Source: Camelus ferus
Lineage: Eukaryota
Reading direction: 5' to 3'
Assembly: GCF_009834535.1 (NCBI RefSeq)
Contig: NC_045696.1
Location: forward strand, 1,178,001-1,242,000
DNA: 64,000 bases
Shown: piece by piece, positions 50,600-60,769 of the stretch
Numbering within the stretch: position 1 is the first letter of the stretch
How the letters are laid out: each line of letters opens with the position of its first letter
Program-made: the position numbers and the translations under genes
The notes under the pieces: model-generated
Databases searched by the model: none
Told to the model about the DNA's origin: nothing
The model's input: only the letters and a program-made list of their open reading frames with translations

Positions 50600-51820
50600 G
50601 AGCCAGACCCACCCCCCATGGACGCAGAGAAAATCCACTCAGAACATAAGGTAGCGGCGATTCGTATGTTCACAGAAGTGACAGAGGGTGCTAAAATGTG
50701 ACGAAGGAACAAGATGTCATCAAAGATGAAATACAATTTCTGGAAAGAAAAGGTTAACGACTGAAGTGAGACATGCAATAAACAGCACATTCAACACACC
50801 TGAAAGATGATGAGTGGCCTGAATTCCCAGGGTGGTGGTGGTCCCAGAACGCAGCCTGGACAGGAAGTCAGACAGAGCGGGAAGGAAGCATGAGGGCAGG
50901 CACGTCTCCAGCGGGTGTTCTAGGAAAAGAGCTGGGGACGCAGAACAGGCCACGGTCAGAGGTGTTGGGTGAGGATTCTCTGGACACTGGCCCTCGTGTT
51001 CCAAAGGCCCAGTGACCCCCAGCAGCTTAAGTCAAAAGAGACCTGCGTGTGAGTGACGGCTGAACTGCGGAAGCCTGCGCCGGGGGGAGCCTGCGCCCCC
51101 AGGGACTCGGCGCTCCACTGCTCACCCACAGGGTGGCCTCGGAGGCCGAGAGACAGGCAGTGCCTTCAGACCCGGGAAAGATCACTGTCAGCCTGGATTT
51201 GTGTTGCCAGCAGAACTGCCAAGAATCGGAGGAAAACAGAGGTTACTTCCGGGCAAAGTGAAGCCATCAGTGACCCTCGCTGAAGCAGCTGCTGCACATT
51301 GTGAATCGTCTGGAGAAGGAATGTAGCCCCAGAGCAGCAGGGCAAGGAGACCACAGCCACAAGCGGGCTCACACACGCAGACCCTCCAGGTCACAGCAGC
51401 GCCTGCTTCGTGGGGCTGGGACGGCTGGGTGGGATCAGAAGTGGCCAGTGGCGCCTGCGAGCCGGGGGGCGGGCTGGGGCAGCCAGGGACAGCGCGTCGC
51501 AGGGTCACAAGATGTTAGAGGCCCGTCCAAAGAGACTAAGTGTGAACTTTTTAAGGTAAATAGTAGATGAAAGCTTTGAGATTCCCCACCCAGACGAGAC
51601 AAGTAGACAGTATAACTCTCAGACTAGTTTGAAAGGAGAAAGTGAAATAAGAAAAAAAAGTGACTCAAACCCACAAAAGGCAGGACAGGAGGAAACAAGA
51701 GGGAAAAGGAGAAACTCATCAACACGATATAGAAATAAACCCAAGTATGTTGGAGGTCCCAACAAGGGTCAACAGAGAAAAACTCCAGTTTAAAGACTAG
51801 ATTGAGTAAAAGATTAGACT
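50600..51820 (+). mobile_element. Very old LINE-1 remnant (ORF1 / inter-ORF / ORF2 start)
   Basis: A-rich purine-biased strand with ORF1-like text (aatttctggaaagaaaa, aaaggcccagtgacccccagcag) and gaaataaacccaagtatgt resembling the lead-in to ORF2. Confidence 0.5.
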
Positions 51821-51822
51821 GA

Positions 51823-51942
51823 TTTAAAAAAAAATTGGGGGGTGGATAATTAAGTTTATTTATGTTAGTGGAGAGACCGGGGATTGAACCCAGGACTTTG
51901 TGCGTGCTAGGCACGCGTCTACCACGGAGCTGTGCCCTCCCC
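51823..51942 (-). mobile_element. tRNA-derived SINE, camelid Vic-1-like
   Basis: Reverse complement GGGGAGGGCACAGCTCCGTGGTAGACGCGTGCCTAGCACGCACAAAGTCCTGGGTTCAATCCCCGG...ATAAATAAACTTAATTATCCACCCCCC: A box, B box (GGTTCAATCC) and AT-rich tail. gactg(a)tttaaa on both flanks may be a decayed target-site duplication. Confidence 0.85.
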
Positions 51943-52094
51943 TCTAGGGTGACTGTTTAAAGTTGAATTCTGTGCTGCTTATGAGAGGCTCGAAGCCGGA
52001 CGGGGGCCTGTCCTGTCCCCAGCTGGGAGCCTCTGCTGATGGGACGTGAGCCGGAGAGGGGACAGATGCTCTGGGCCCTGCAATGAGGTGTGGC

Positions 52095-52470
52095 CTCAGC
52101 TGCTTCGGGTCATCACACCCAGGGCTTCAAACAACAGGGGTCTTATCTCGAGGCACCAGTAGAATCAGCTTTCATCTTCCTTGGGCTTTTGGCAGGACTC
52201 AGTCCTTCTCACCATTTCCGTGTGCCTCCTGCATCTTCATGGCCATGCTGTCTCTTGCCACCCTGGCTGGTCAGTGCCCACGACGCTGCTGATCTCTGCC
52301 TCCCACCTGCCTCTCTCCATTTTAGGGACTCATACTGGGCCCACTTGGATAACCCAGGACAGCCTCCTGTTTTGAGGTCAGAGGTTTACTTCCTGATGCA
52401 CACCTGCACCTTCCCTTTCACCAGGTGAGGCAGCAGCTTTACAGGCATCTCTCCCTGGGACGGAGGCCAC
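52095..52470 (-). mobile_element. MaLR solo LTR (MLT1D/E-like), degenerate
   Basis: ggcttcaaacaaca...ttggcaggactcagtcctt...tttagggactcat...tgggcccacttggataacccagga...ttttgaggtca. Confidence 0.55.
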
Positions 52471-52731
52471 AGCCCGAGTCCTGCAGATCACACCTGGGAT
52501 CCGAGTTGACGGGGTGTCCCTCTAGGTGTCCAGGGGGACAGAGCTGGCATGGCGCCCACAGGTCAGTTGGACTTCTATTAATTTTTACCCCAGGGAGCAA
52601 TGAGGCCATGTTGGGTTTTAGGTTCTGAACACAGAGGAGAATACGATTCCCAAAAGCAGTCACTCCTTTTATCTCCAGCGTCTCCTCAGTAGCTCTGCCA
52701 CCGCGTGCGGCGGGGCTGGGTGGGGGGCTGG

Positions 52732-53160
52732 GGTGCAGGAGGTGCAGGCGGTGCAGGCAGTGCAGGAGGTGCAGGAGCTGCAGGAGGTGCAGGAGCTGCA
52801 GGAGCTGCAGGCGGTGCAGGAGGTGCAGGAGCTGCAGGAGGTGCAGGAGGTGCAGGAGCTGCAGGAGGTGCAGGCGGTGCAGGCAGTGCAGGAGTTGCAG
52901 GAGGTGCAGGCAGTGCATTAGGTGCAGGCGGTGCAGGAGGTGCAGGAGCTGCAGGCGGTGCAGGAGCTGCAGGAGGTGCAGGCGGTGCAGGAGGTGCAGG
53001 AGCTGCAGGGCAGGAGGTGCAGGAGCTGCAGGAGGTGCAGGCGGTGCAGGAGGTGCAGGAGCTGCAGGAGGTGCAGGAGGTGCAGGAGCTGCAGGCGGTG
53101 CAGGAGCTGCAGGCGGTGCAGGTGGTGCAGGAAGTGCAGGAGGTGCAGGAGCTGCAGGAG
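52732..53160. repeat. 9-bp minisatellite (GGTGCAGGA / GCTGCAGGA / GGTGCAGGC), about 47 units
   Basis: Direct reading. The TGCAGG core is nearly invariant, with variant units interspersed. Confidence 0.97.
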
Positions 53161-53214
53161 TGGTGCCCTGGTGCCCTGGTGCAGAATTGAGTTCTGCATT
53201 TAAGGGACCAGAGT

Positions 53215-53410
53215 GACCCTAGCTGTGCCTCTGACCAGCTGTGTGAGTTTGGGCCACTATTGCTCTGAGCCCTGGATTCCCAACCAATAAAATAAAATAG
53301 GGCCCCTGTCTCAGGTCATCATAAGGTTAAACATGAGAATTCATGGGAAGTGCCCACTAGGATGGCAGGAACATAAAAAAAAAAAAACTTCAATGAATGT
53401 CTGCCAGTGA
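53215..53410 (+). mobile_element. MIR SINE
   Basis: ctgtgcctctgaccagctgtgtgagtttgggc...ctctgagccc...tcataaggttaaacatgagaattcatgggaagtgccc...cttcaatgaatgt follows the MIR core and tail. Confidence 0.65.
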
Positions 53411-53709
53411 GTGTTATTAGTATAAATATTGCATCTACTGAAATGGTCGCTTTTTAAACCAGTCAACCGTGGTGAAAAGGGAAAGCATGCTTAGTGAACA
53501 ACACAGCAGACGTGGTAGACTGTCGTTTCCGCTCAGCCACGTACAGACTTGTTCTTTCTTTTACAGGGTCTGTAATTCGTCTGCATCAGGGGTAACGAGG
53601 ATTGTCCTGTACAGACTTCAGGATGGCCAGTGTCCTGACCCTGAATCATCTTGAACACAACTCCTCTGCAAATAGTGCTCAATAAATTATTGTGATCAGT
53701 TTTGGTTAA

Positions 53710-54090
53710 AAAAAATAGCAGAAATCCTGGAGATGGCCTTTGGCCCAGCAATCCTGCTGGTGGGGATTTAGCTGAAGCAGATATCTCACTGGCAATAAAA
53801 CTACCATGAAAGCATGTATTGCAGCCTTGTCTATAAAAAAGAGCAATTTGACTCAGTGTGCAGTATGGAGAGATGGTGAACTTCACCTAAACAGACACAC
53901 GGGGTATTGAAAAGTGTCACAGGATTAGGAGGCGCGTAGGAAAGCCCTGGTTTGAAGTCAAGTGGAAAAGGGACAGTATCCACACAGCATAGACGCCGTC
54001 TTGGTGACCACGAGTCGATTAATGTGAAATGTGTGCAAAAAGTGAACACACGGGTTCGTCTGGGTGAGTTGGGGGTGGCCGGCTCATTCT
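53710..54090 (+). mobile_element. Old LINE-1 (L1ME-like) 3' remnant
   Basis: cctttggcccagcaatcctgct...tattgcagccttgtctataa resembles the L1 PFDPAIP...FIAALF region. Confidence 0.55.
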
Positions 54091-54944
54091 GAGGCTTGCC
54101 TCACTGTTTGTGGTTCCACCTTCTGAGGATGGCGCCGCTGAGGCCACCTGTGCCACCGTCCGAGGTAAGAGGATTCTCAGTGCTGATGGCAGGCTGGGGA
54201 CCCTCCCATAGACCTGAAAACCGGCCTGCGCTTAGAATGACGTGGCCTCCCTGTGACTGTGACCGTGACCCCACGCGACCCTGCGGGCTGGCCGCCTCCC
54301 CTGCCCAGCTGTCCCAGCAGCCGCCGGACCACCTGCCCCCCGCGGAGCCCAGGAGGGCTCCGGAGAGGCAGACAGCAACTCTGGCCTTAAAATAGGCAGG
54401 AAGGAAAAACACAGGCAGGAAGGCAGAAAGCCTGCCCGCGGCAGAGTGGCACAGTTAACGGGGGCCGCAGCTGTCCCGCCCGCACCTTTACTCCCGCCAT
54501 CAGCGCCCACCTGCACGCCCACAGCCCTGAAGCAGCAGATGCCCTGCAGGCCCGCCCCGCCATCACTCGCCCTGGGCACTCCCTGCTGCCGCACCCGCTG
54601 CCTGGCCGGCCAGTGGCCCGGGAGCCCCTGCCTGTGGGCCAGGCAGCACCCCTAGGACGCCCGCCTCGCCCCCAGACTTGCGGTCTGCAGACGTCCCTGC
54701 CTGAGCAGCAGGCAGGCAGCTGGGGCGGGGGGGTCTGAGGAGGGGCTGGTTCGCCCGACCTCGGCACCTCGCTTGTGCCCCCGCCCCCTGGCGCCCCACA
54801 CCTGGTCACACTGCTTCGTCCAGAGGAGCACCTCCCCGGGGCAGAGGTGCATGGTCTGGCCGCGGTCAGGGATGGCCTCTCCGAGCACGGGTCCCCCAGG
54901 GCGCAGCTGCGGACTCCGTCCCTTTGGCCATAGCGCCATGCGGG

Positions 54945-55440
54945 AAAAATAAATCCAACGATGGCAGCAGTTACATGTATAAAATGTATGAAAATGGACT
55001 AAGTTACACAGATAACGTCACATTGACAGTTTTTAAGATCCCAGAGATCTGCTGTCTGTAAGTAGGGGAGTCACGTGCCATATTGTCCAAACCAAGGCCC
55101 TCTGGTCAGCAAAAGGGGGTGTTGGCCAGGTGGGACGCCTGGAAAGCAGGCAGCGTGGCTCCCCTGTTTGTAAGAGATCAACCTTCAAATCAAGGGCATG
55201 AAAGAAGGTCAAAATCAGAAAAGGTAAACCAGTCAAATACTCTGCAAAAGAGAGCTGAACTTGCTGACATTCATATCAGATGAAGAGAGGATGACCACCT
55301 ACTGGTTTTTAAGTCTGTCATAAAAGATTCCAGTTTTGCACCACCACCACCACCACCATCATATTGCCTCAAAACGTGTAGAGCAAAAATCTGTAGATAC
55401 ACGAGAGAAATGTGCAAGCCCACCAAAATGATAGGACTCC
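54945..55440 (+). mobile_element. Old LINE-1 ORF2 endonuclease-region remnant
   Basis: aaatggactaa...aaaccagtcaaatact...aagagagctgaacttgctgacattcatatcagatgaa (cf. NGLN...QAN...KKAGVAILISDK). Confidence 0.55.
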
Positions 55441-56585
55441 TTCCTTCATTTTTAATGCAGGCATTTATGGCTATGAATTCCACCTACGAATCACTTTAGC
55501 TTCATCCCGTAAGTTTAATTCATCTCAACGTTTTTAATTTCCTCTGCGATTTCTTCTTCGAATCACTGGTTATTCAGGAGAGTGTTGTATAATTTGCACG
55601 TATGTGTGAATTTCCCATAGTTACCTCTGTTGTTGACTTTTGACTTCATCCTTTTGGTCAGAGAACATACTCTGTATTATTTTAACCCTTTACGCTCCCT
55701 GAGTCTGTCTTGTGGCCTAGCACGTGTCTCTCCCGGAGAACGAGCCGCGCGCCCCGAGGAGACGGTGCTCTGGGCTTTGCTGGGTGAGTGACCTCAGGCG
55801 TGTGTGAGGGTTGGTTGGTTCCCAGCGCTGTCCAGGCTGTTCGTGCACTCGGTGTCCTGCCTCTGTGCTCTGCCCGCTACTGCAAGCGCTGAGCGGTGCA
55901 CTGAGGCCTCCAGCCGTTGCTGCTGGATTGTCTGCTCCTGCTTTCGCCTCAGTCGTCTTCCGCGCCGTGCGTTTTGGTGCCTGTTGTCAGGTGCATGTGT
56001 GTGATTGCAGCTATTTATATTCCTGGTTTATTGACCCTCATATCATTATAGAATATTCCTTTTACCTCTAGTGACCATTTTTGTTTGAGCTAAAATCTGT
56101 TTTGTTTGATATTAGTGTAGTCACTCCAGCTCTCTTATGGTTGCTGTTCCCACGGTAAAAATTTTTTTGCATCCTTTACTCTCAGGCTATTCATATCTTT
56201 GGCTCTAAAGTGTGTCTCTTAGAGGCATTATATAGTGAAATCATCTTCTTTAGGGGGTCCAGTCTGACAGTATGTGCCTTTTGATTGTGTTTAATCCACT
56301 TGTATTTAATGTAATTGTTAATACAGTTGGATGTTCATCTGACATTTTGCTTTTTTGCTTCCTTTATTTATTCCTAATTTGCTGCTTTTTTTTTTTGCAT
56401 TTAGTGTGTATTTTCTAAGATAACATTTTAATTCCTTAATTACTCTTTTAATTGTATTTTTTGTTAATTTCTTTGTAGTGACTCTCAGGCTTACCATGTA
56501 CTTCTTATCAGAATCTACTTCAGCTTTGTACTAACTTTGTCCCAGTGAGTTACAGAAACACTGCTCCAGTGCAGTTCCAGTCCCT
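55441..56585 (-). mobile_element. Old LINE-1 (L1M) ORF2 N-terminal and inter-ORF remnant
   Basis: Minus ORF begins EFIAINACIKNEGRS (cf. KFIAINAYIKKEERS); tttgatattagtgtagtcactccagct (cf. AGVAILISDK); ttaatccacttgtatttaatgtaat (cf. ITLN..GLN). Confidence 0.85.
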
Positions 56586-59500
56586 GAGCGAAACCTCTGA
56601 ATGTGGCTGGGGACCATGGCCCACTTCCCTCAGAGTGGCCTCCCGACTGCGAGCAGGACCCTGGGCAGGGGGGTCGCCTCATGTGTCCCCTGTGGAGTGC
56701 CTCCTACCAGTGCCCGGAGCAAGGGTGATAAGTGCCCCCAGCCCTGGGCCTGCTGCGCCCGGGGCAGAGTCTCCACCGGGGCTGCGAGCTGCGTGGAGGA
56801 AGGAAGCCCCAGTCTGTTTGCTGTATATCCTTAGGACGAATCCCAGAGACTTAAAATAAAAAAAAAAAAACCTTTTCACCAGCTTTGGTCGTTTTGCTGC
56901 AGAGTCCGGACCCCATCACACGGGCAGTCCGGAGCTGGCTTCCCGGGAGGCCTGCTTGCCGCGCCTTGTCAGTGCTCGCTCTGGCCCGTTTTCTGGCCTC
57001 TCCCAGCTCTGTGCGTGTTGCCCTGCTCTGTCTGTCGTCTCCACCAGTTACGGTCTCATAATTGGTTTTACTGAGATATGATTCATGGCCCCAAATCCTG
57101 CCCTCTCTGGCAGGTGGGGGGTCCCTGGGGCTTGGGGTGGGGTCTTCCCGGTTATCCTGCCCTCCCCAGGAGCAGGGTTCTCCAGCGTCGGGGCCCGGCC
57201 TGCACCCCTGCCTCTTCCTCAGGGAGAGAGATTGGCCTGTGCCCCCTCCCCCAGGATGCCGCGAGGCTCTCGAGAGGTGCCAGCTCCTCTCGGCTCAGGG
57301 CCCCCTTCCTGTGGTTTCTGTCTGATTTCTTCCCCCTCTGGGGGCTGTGTCTGGGGCCCTCTCCCCACAGGCGCCTGCCTCTCTCCTCAGGTCTCACTGG
57401 CTGTCCCAGGACTGCCACACTCTCAGGGCTTCAGGGGGACACGAGCTTGTCTGGATTTGCTGTCGTTGCCAGGGAGGGCACGACATCCTCTGCAGCCGCC
57501 CCTGTCCCGAAGCACAGCCCGTGGCAAGCTTTAGATGGTGCTCGTAGCACCGCCCCCAGCGTGTGTGTGGGGCGGGGGGTCCCGGGGGGTTCTCAGCTCC
57601 CCCCGTGCTCTCTGCTGCAGGAAGTGAAATGCGTAATATTTTTATTTCTATTCACACTCTTGGTTTGAAAGGCACAGGCTGCCTCCGTTGCGCGGGGACC
57701 CTTCAGCGCTGTTGAGATGCACATGTAACCACTGGTTCCTCTCAGTGTCTGGAATTTCCCAGTCTGCACGTCCTCACCCCAAGGATTCAGGCACACAGGG
57801 CCCCGCCGGCCCCTGCGCCCCACCGTCCATGCCTCGGACTGGTGGCTCCGGAGGGCCGAGCGAGAGCAGCGCAGGAGACGCCGCCCGAGCCGGGCTGCCT
57901 CCCTGCTCGCCGCTTGCCCGGGCTCCGTTCGCCGCTCCCGGCGGCCCAGCACTTTGCTTTAGCAAATCCCGGGGACTCCTGCGCACGAGATCCGCGTGGC
58001 TCCCTTTCCAAGCGCTTACTTTTCCGAACATCTTCGTGTTTCCGTCCAAACTTTTGTTTATTCTGTCCCTTTTATTCTTTAAAAACTCCATCCACGTGTT
58101 TCCTTCGGTGAACTCTGTGAGTGGGTCTCCTGGGGGTCCCCCCACCCCCAACCTCCCTCTTAGTTCCGTTGCGGCGCGGGGCACGGAGCCGCAAGCTCCG
58201 CAAACTGACAGGAATGAATTTTGAATCATAACGTCCCTTTGATCGCCTGAGGCCAGGTCACCCGTCCTCTTTGTTACCGGGAATTGGCTTTGTCCCCACG
58301 ACGTCTTCAGTTTAACCACGGACAGGTGCCCTAGAAGGTTACTTCCTCCTCCGCTGGCGCCGCACGGGTGCTGAGAGCAGACAGGAATCGCAGCAAAGCT
58401 CTGACCACGCTGGGCGCCGCCCTGCGGGGGACATGGGGAAGGGGCCGGGTTGGCCGCTCTGGGTGGCAGGTGACAGTATTCAACAGCAGCCAGCATTCCT
58501 GCCCTAGACTGGTTCCATATAAAGCGCCTTGACATTCTCCCGGAAAGAGACAGTCTCCGCTTTGTCCTTTTAACGGCCCAGCGTGAGCTGCTTCTGAGGG
58601 GAGACCCAGAACAGACAGTGGGCACTGGGGAGAGACGGGGGTTTCCTTCTGTGAAAGATCAACCCGGACTGTGGTGCCTGCCTGCCCGCCTGGCTGGGCG
58701 GCCCAGGCCTCCTGCTAAGCGGATTAGCTCTGGGCCGAAGCAGAAGGACAAACACTGCTTTGAAGGGCGCACTCTTCTGACTTGGCTTAAAAATATTCCA
58801 GTTCTGAAAAAGCTCTTCCCGCCTCCAGCTCCACTCCACTGCTGGGTTCGCCTCTGAGAAGAGACCGGCGCTTTCTCCCCCAAAGGAGGCGGCGGGGCGA
58901 AGCCTGGAAGGTCCTGCACCCGGATGTTCAGGGCTTTGTCCTGTGCCCCACGGGCCTGCCCGAGCCTGGGGCCTGGGGTCTGGGGGGCGTCAGGCTTGGC
59001 TGGACGCACACCCTGGGCACCCAGGTTGGGGGTGACCAAGCTCTCTGCAGACAGAGCCTGAGCAAAAAGCACCCCGGGACCTCCGGTGCAGGGGGCCACG
59101 TGGGGTGGGGAGGGCCCAGGGGGTCTCCAAGAGAGGCGCTCGCTGTTCTCGTTCTGCTCCACATCTTTGAAAGATTTCTGAAACCCTGTGTCTCCTCACG
59201 TACTGCAGCTGACGACTAAATCTTCTGACCGTAGCTTTGACAAAGGATGCGCTTCTGGCCGGTTGTGCATACTGAAGGTTTGAAACAAACACTTCTTTCC
59301 TCCTCTCTGTGTGCGCGCTTGGACACGGTCAACCATTGCTCCAGCCTTTCACCCCAGCCCACGCCCCCACCCCCTCACAGCGAGCCCCCACGGCTGGCTT
59401 CTCCCCAGACCCCGCCACCGACGCCCCAGGCTCCCCTGCGCCCCAGGAGCATGCCGTCTGAGCCCCCAGCCCCTCCCCACTCCCAGGCCGCCCCGACGCC

Positions 59501-59644
59501 TGGGCCCCCTGCAGCCTCCTCCTCCACAGAGTCATGTCAGGTCGCTGGCCCCCTGGGCCCCCAGCCCTCCATCACCAGCACAGTCTGAAACCCCTCGAGT
59601 GAAGGGTACCCTCCAAGATGGGGTCGGGAAGGCTCCAGAGCCCA

Positions 59645-59744
59645 AGCCGGTCACTGTCAAAGGCCCACAGAAGGGTGCGGCCTCCTGTGCTACAGCCGGT
59701 CACTGTCAAAGGCCCACAGAAGGGTGCGGCCTCCTGTGCTACAG
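59645..59744. repeat. Perfect 49-bp tandem duplication
   Basis: agccggtcactgtcaaaggcccacagaagggtgcggcctcctgtgctac at 59645 and again at 59694, followed by ag. Confidence 0.97.
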
Positions 59745-59789
59745 AGATTACAGGAGTCATTGCAGTATAAACGCCAGAGAGGTGACGGG

Positions 59790-60305
59790 AACTTCCACTG
59801 CCCACTTCCACACACGGCGCACCGTCCACCACCCACTCTTCACCTTCCATGTTCCACCATCACAATCCATCACCCACACCCACCTTCCACACCCACCTAC
59901 TGCCTTTTACCTCCCAGCAACCACCTTTCATATCCACATCCACTTTCCACTGTTCCTCGTCCACCATCCGCCATCCTTAATCCACTTTTCACCCACCATG
60001 CTCCACCACCCGTTATCCAGGATCAACTTTCCACCTTTCACCTTCCACTGCCCATGTTCCACCCTTACCTCTTACATCCTACCGTCCATCACCCACTGTC
60101 CCCCATCTACCATCTACCGTCCAACACCCAGGATCATCCATCCACCATACAACGTCCACCACTACTGACTGTTTTCAATCTACCGCCACCCACTGGCCCC
60201 AGTTCAGAATCTGCCATCCAACTTCCACCATGCACCGTCCATTGTCAGCCACTCAGTAACCACTATTCACCACCCACCGCCCACCTCCCACTACCCATCC
60301 TGCAC
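59790..60305. repeat. Degenerate CCAC/CCAT-rich low-complexity tract, G-depleted on the + strand
   Basis: ttccacacacggcgcaccgtccaccacccactcttcaccttccatgttccaccatcacaatccatcacccac... over about 500 bp. Confidence 0.8.
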
Positions 60306-60314
60306 TGTTCCAGC

Positions 60315-60752
60315 TATTGCTCTGCCCTGGGTCCCAGAGCTTGTGAGATTTTGTGTGAGTCCTTTACCAGGGGAGTCTAGTTCCCACAGCCCTCTGGGAC
60401 TCCTGAAAGTCAGCCCCACTGGCCTTCAAAGCCTAACGTCCTCGGGGCTTGTCTTCCTGGTGCAGGACCCCCAGGCTGGGGACCCCAGCTCCCTGGGGGG
60501 GGTGCCTGCAGTTGTGGCTCTCCTCCCACCTGTGGGCGCCCCCCTGGGGGTGGGTCTCACTGTGCTGCTGCTTAGCCCCTGCCACCCTTCTCGTTGTAGT
60601 TTCTTCTTTATATTTTCAGTCATAGAAGATCTTTTCTGGTAGGTTCTGGTCTTTTTCATCATAGTTGCTCTGTGAACAGTTGTAACTTAGGTGTGCAGTG
60701 TGGGAGGAGGTGAGCTCAGGGTCTTCCTACTCTGCCGTCTTGGCTGATCTCC
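60315..60752 (-). mobile_element. LINE-1 5' UTR (promoter end) fragment
   Basis: Reverse complement starts GGAGATCAGCCAAGACGGCAGAGTAGGAAGACCCTGAGCTCACCTCCTCCCAC, matching the CAAGATGGC(YY1)...GAGCTCACCTCCTCCCAC start of laurasiatherian L1 5' UTRs as recalled. Confidence 0.75.
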
Positions 60753-60769
60753 AAATTTACAAAGTTTTG

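Noticed and set aside
51860..51942. tRNA gene
   Set aside because: A and B boxes are present, but the cloverleaf is degenerate and an AT-rich SINE tail follows. It is a SINE.
52439..53203. Repeat-protein ORFs (GAGGA, VQELQE, RRCRSC, LHLLQ) or a CRISPR-like array
   Set aside because: All are translations of the 9-bp minisatellite, which has an internal stop and a frameshift. There are no unique spacers, no cas genes, and the context is eukaryotic.
59311..60380. His/Pro-rich ORFs
   Set aside because: Products of the C-rich low-complexity tract and the 49-bp duplication.
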